From assembly GCF_025526975.1 (NCBI RefSeq), contig NW_026515681.1, forward strand, positions 620,001-684,000: a stretch of DNA of 64,000 nucleotides, in the 5' to 3' direction. This document shows positions 63,269 through 64,000 of the stretch, one piece after another. The position numbers and the translations under genes were made by a program. Origin of the DNA: Fimicolochytrium jonesii (Eukaryota). Numbering within the stretch: the stretch's first letter is position 1; every line of letters starts with the position of its first letter. The notes under the pieces are model-generated. The model saw only the letters and a list, made by a program, of their open reading frames with translations, did no database searches and was not told where the DNA came from.

Positions 63269-64000
63269 TTACCGGATCTTCCCGACGATCAGCATCGGTT
63301 TATCTTCCTTCTGTACGGCAAAAGAAAGTGAGAGGGAGAGGGTTTGTCAGGAGTGGGCTTTTTCAGTGGGGGGCAAACATCACAGGCAGCGATTTTATGT
63401 TACATACTCGCACGACCTCGGTCTTTGTCGTCTTCGCCCCGCTAAGGGCCGCCTCATCGTGCGCTTTTTCGTCGTAGAGTTTGAGGCCGGGTGCGAGGGT
63501 TGTGTCGGTCGGTTGTGGAAGGCGGGGCTGTGGGAAGTGGGATGGGGAAGGGATTGGAGAGATCGTAGGTTAGATTTGTGCATGATGTGTTGAGATGCTT
63601 TCCCTGCCTCGCCATCTGTGTGCATCCGAGTTGGTGTGCCCAATCCCACGGCCATCTCGCACACTGAGTAAGACGCCCTTATCGCGATGAACGACCCGAC
63701 TTACCCTGCTCGACTCATCCTCGACAGCCGCAGCATATTTCAATGGCTTCGGATGCTGGATCTGCGTCGCGAGGTCATCGCGCGGAGGTTCCTTGTAGAA
63801 CCGTGCGAGGGCGAGATTCGCGGATTCCAGTTTTGAGTAGAGGGCCGTCTGGGTGGGGAGAGATTGGGAGAATGTGTTAGTTCGGGATATGTGAAGCGGG
63901 GATATTGGGGGTGAGATGTGAGACGTGAGATGTGAGATGAGAGAGGGGTAAGAGGGACAAACCGGACCTTCTGCCAGTTGCCCACGGTCCCCTCGGCGGT
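63269..64000 (-). CDS. 3' exons of an unidentified gene entering from the right edge
   Basis: GT-AG-bounded exons splice into TALYSKLESANLALARFYKEPP...|PRLPQPTDTTLAPGLKLYDEKAH...|KEDKPMLIVGKIR*. Confidence 0.5.

Overview
Eukaryotic, intron-rich (mostly ~50-110 nt GT-AG introns), gene-dense genomic DNA. It is most likely from a zoosporic fungus (chytrid-like): it combines a fungal class IV-type chitin synthase with the motile-cilium protein LRRC23, a class C GPCR and VMP1. About 24 protein genes are recognisable: ariadne/RBR-like Cys-rich protein, class III aminotransferase 3' part, class C GPCR, PI-PLC-like phosphodiesterase, DEAD-box helicase, HEATR6-like, DGAT1-like MBOAT, FHA-kinase, enoyl-CoA isomerase, M64 peptidase, LRRC23, Trf4-like nucleotidyltransferase, PYM, cyclin L, Trm10, ADP/ATP carrier, dynein LC8, SAP-VMP1, V-ATPase C, CDC50, PQ-loop, WrbA-like, FAM172/Arb2 and chitin synthase. 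Many lie in head-to-head pairs. The left ~21 kb also holds decayed or inserted material. The most notable observations are: an intronless ariadne-like gene where the 5' half of an aminotransferase should be; a strand-symmetric alternation of C-rich and G-rich blocks inside exons; a SAP-domain-VMP1 fusion; a mitochondrial-presequence-bearing non-canonical poly(A) polymerase; a class C GPCR with a PH-like tail; and an oversized structured intron in TRM10. All products were called by eye from motifs, and exon boundaries are manual and approximate. No tRNA, rRNA, CRISPR array or intact transposase was recognised.
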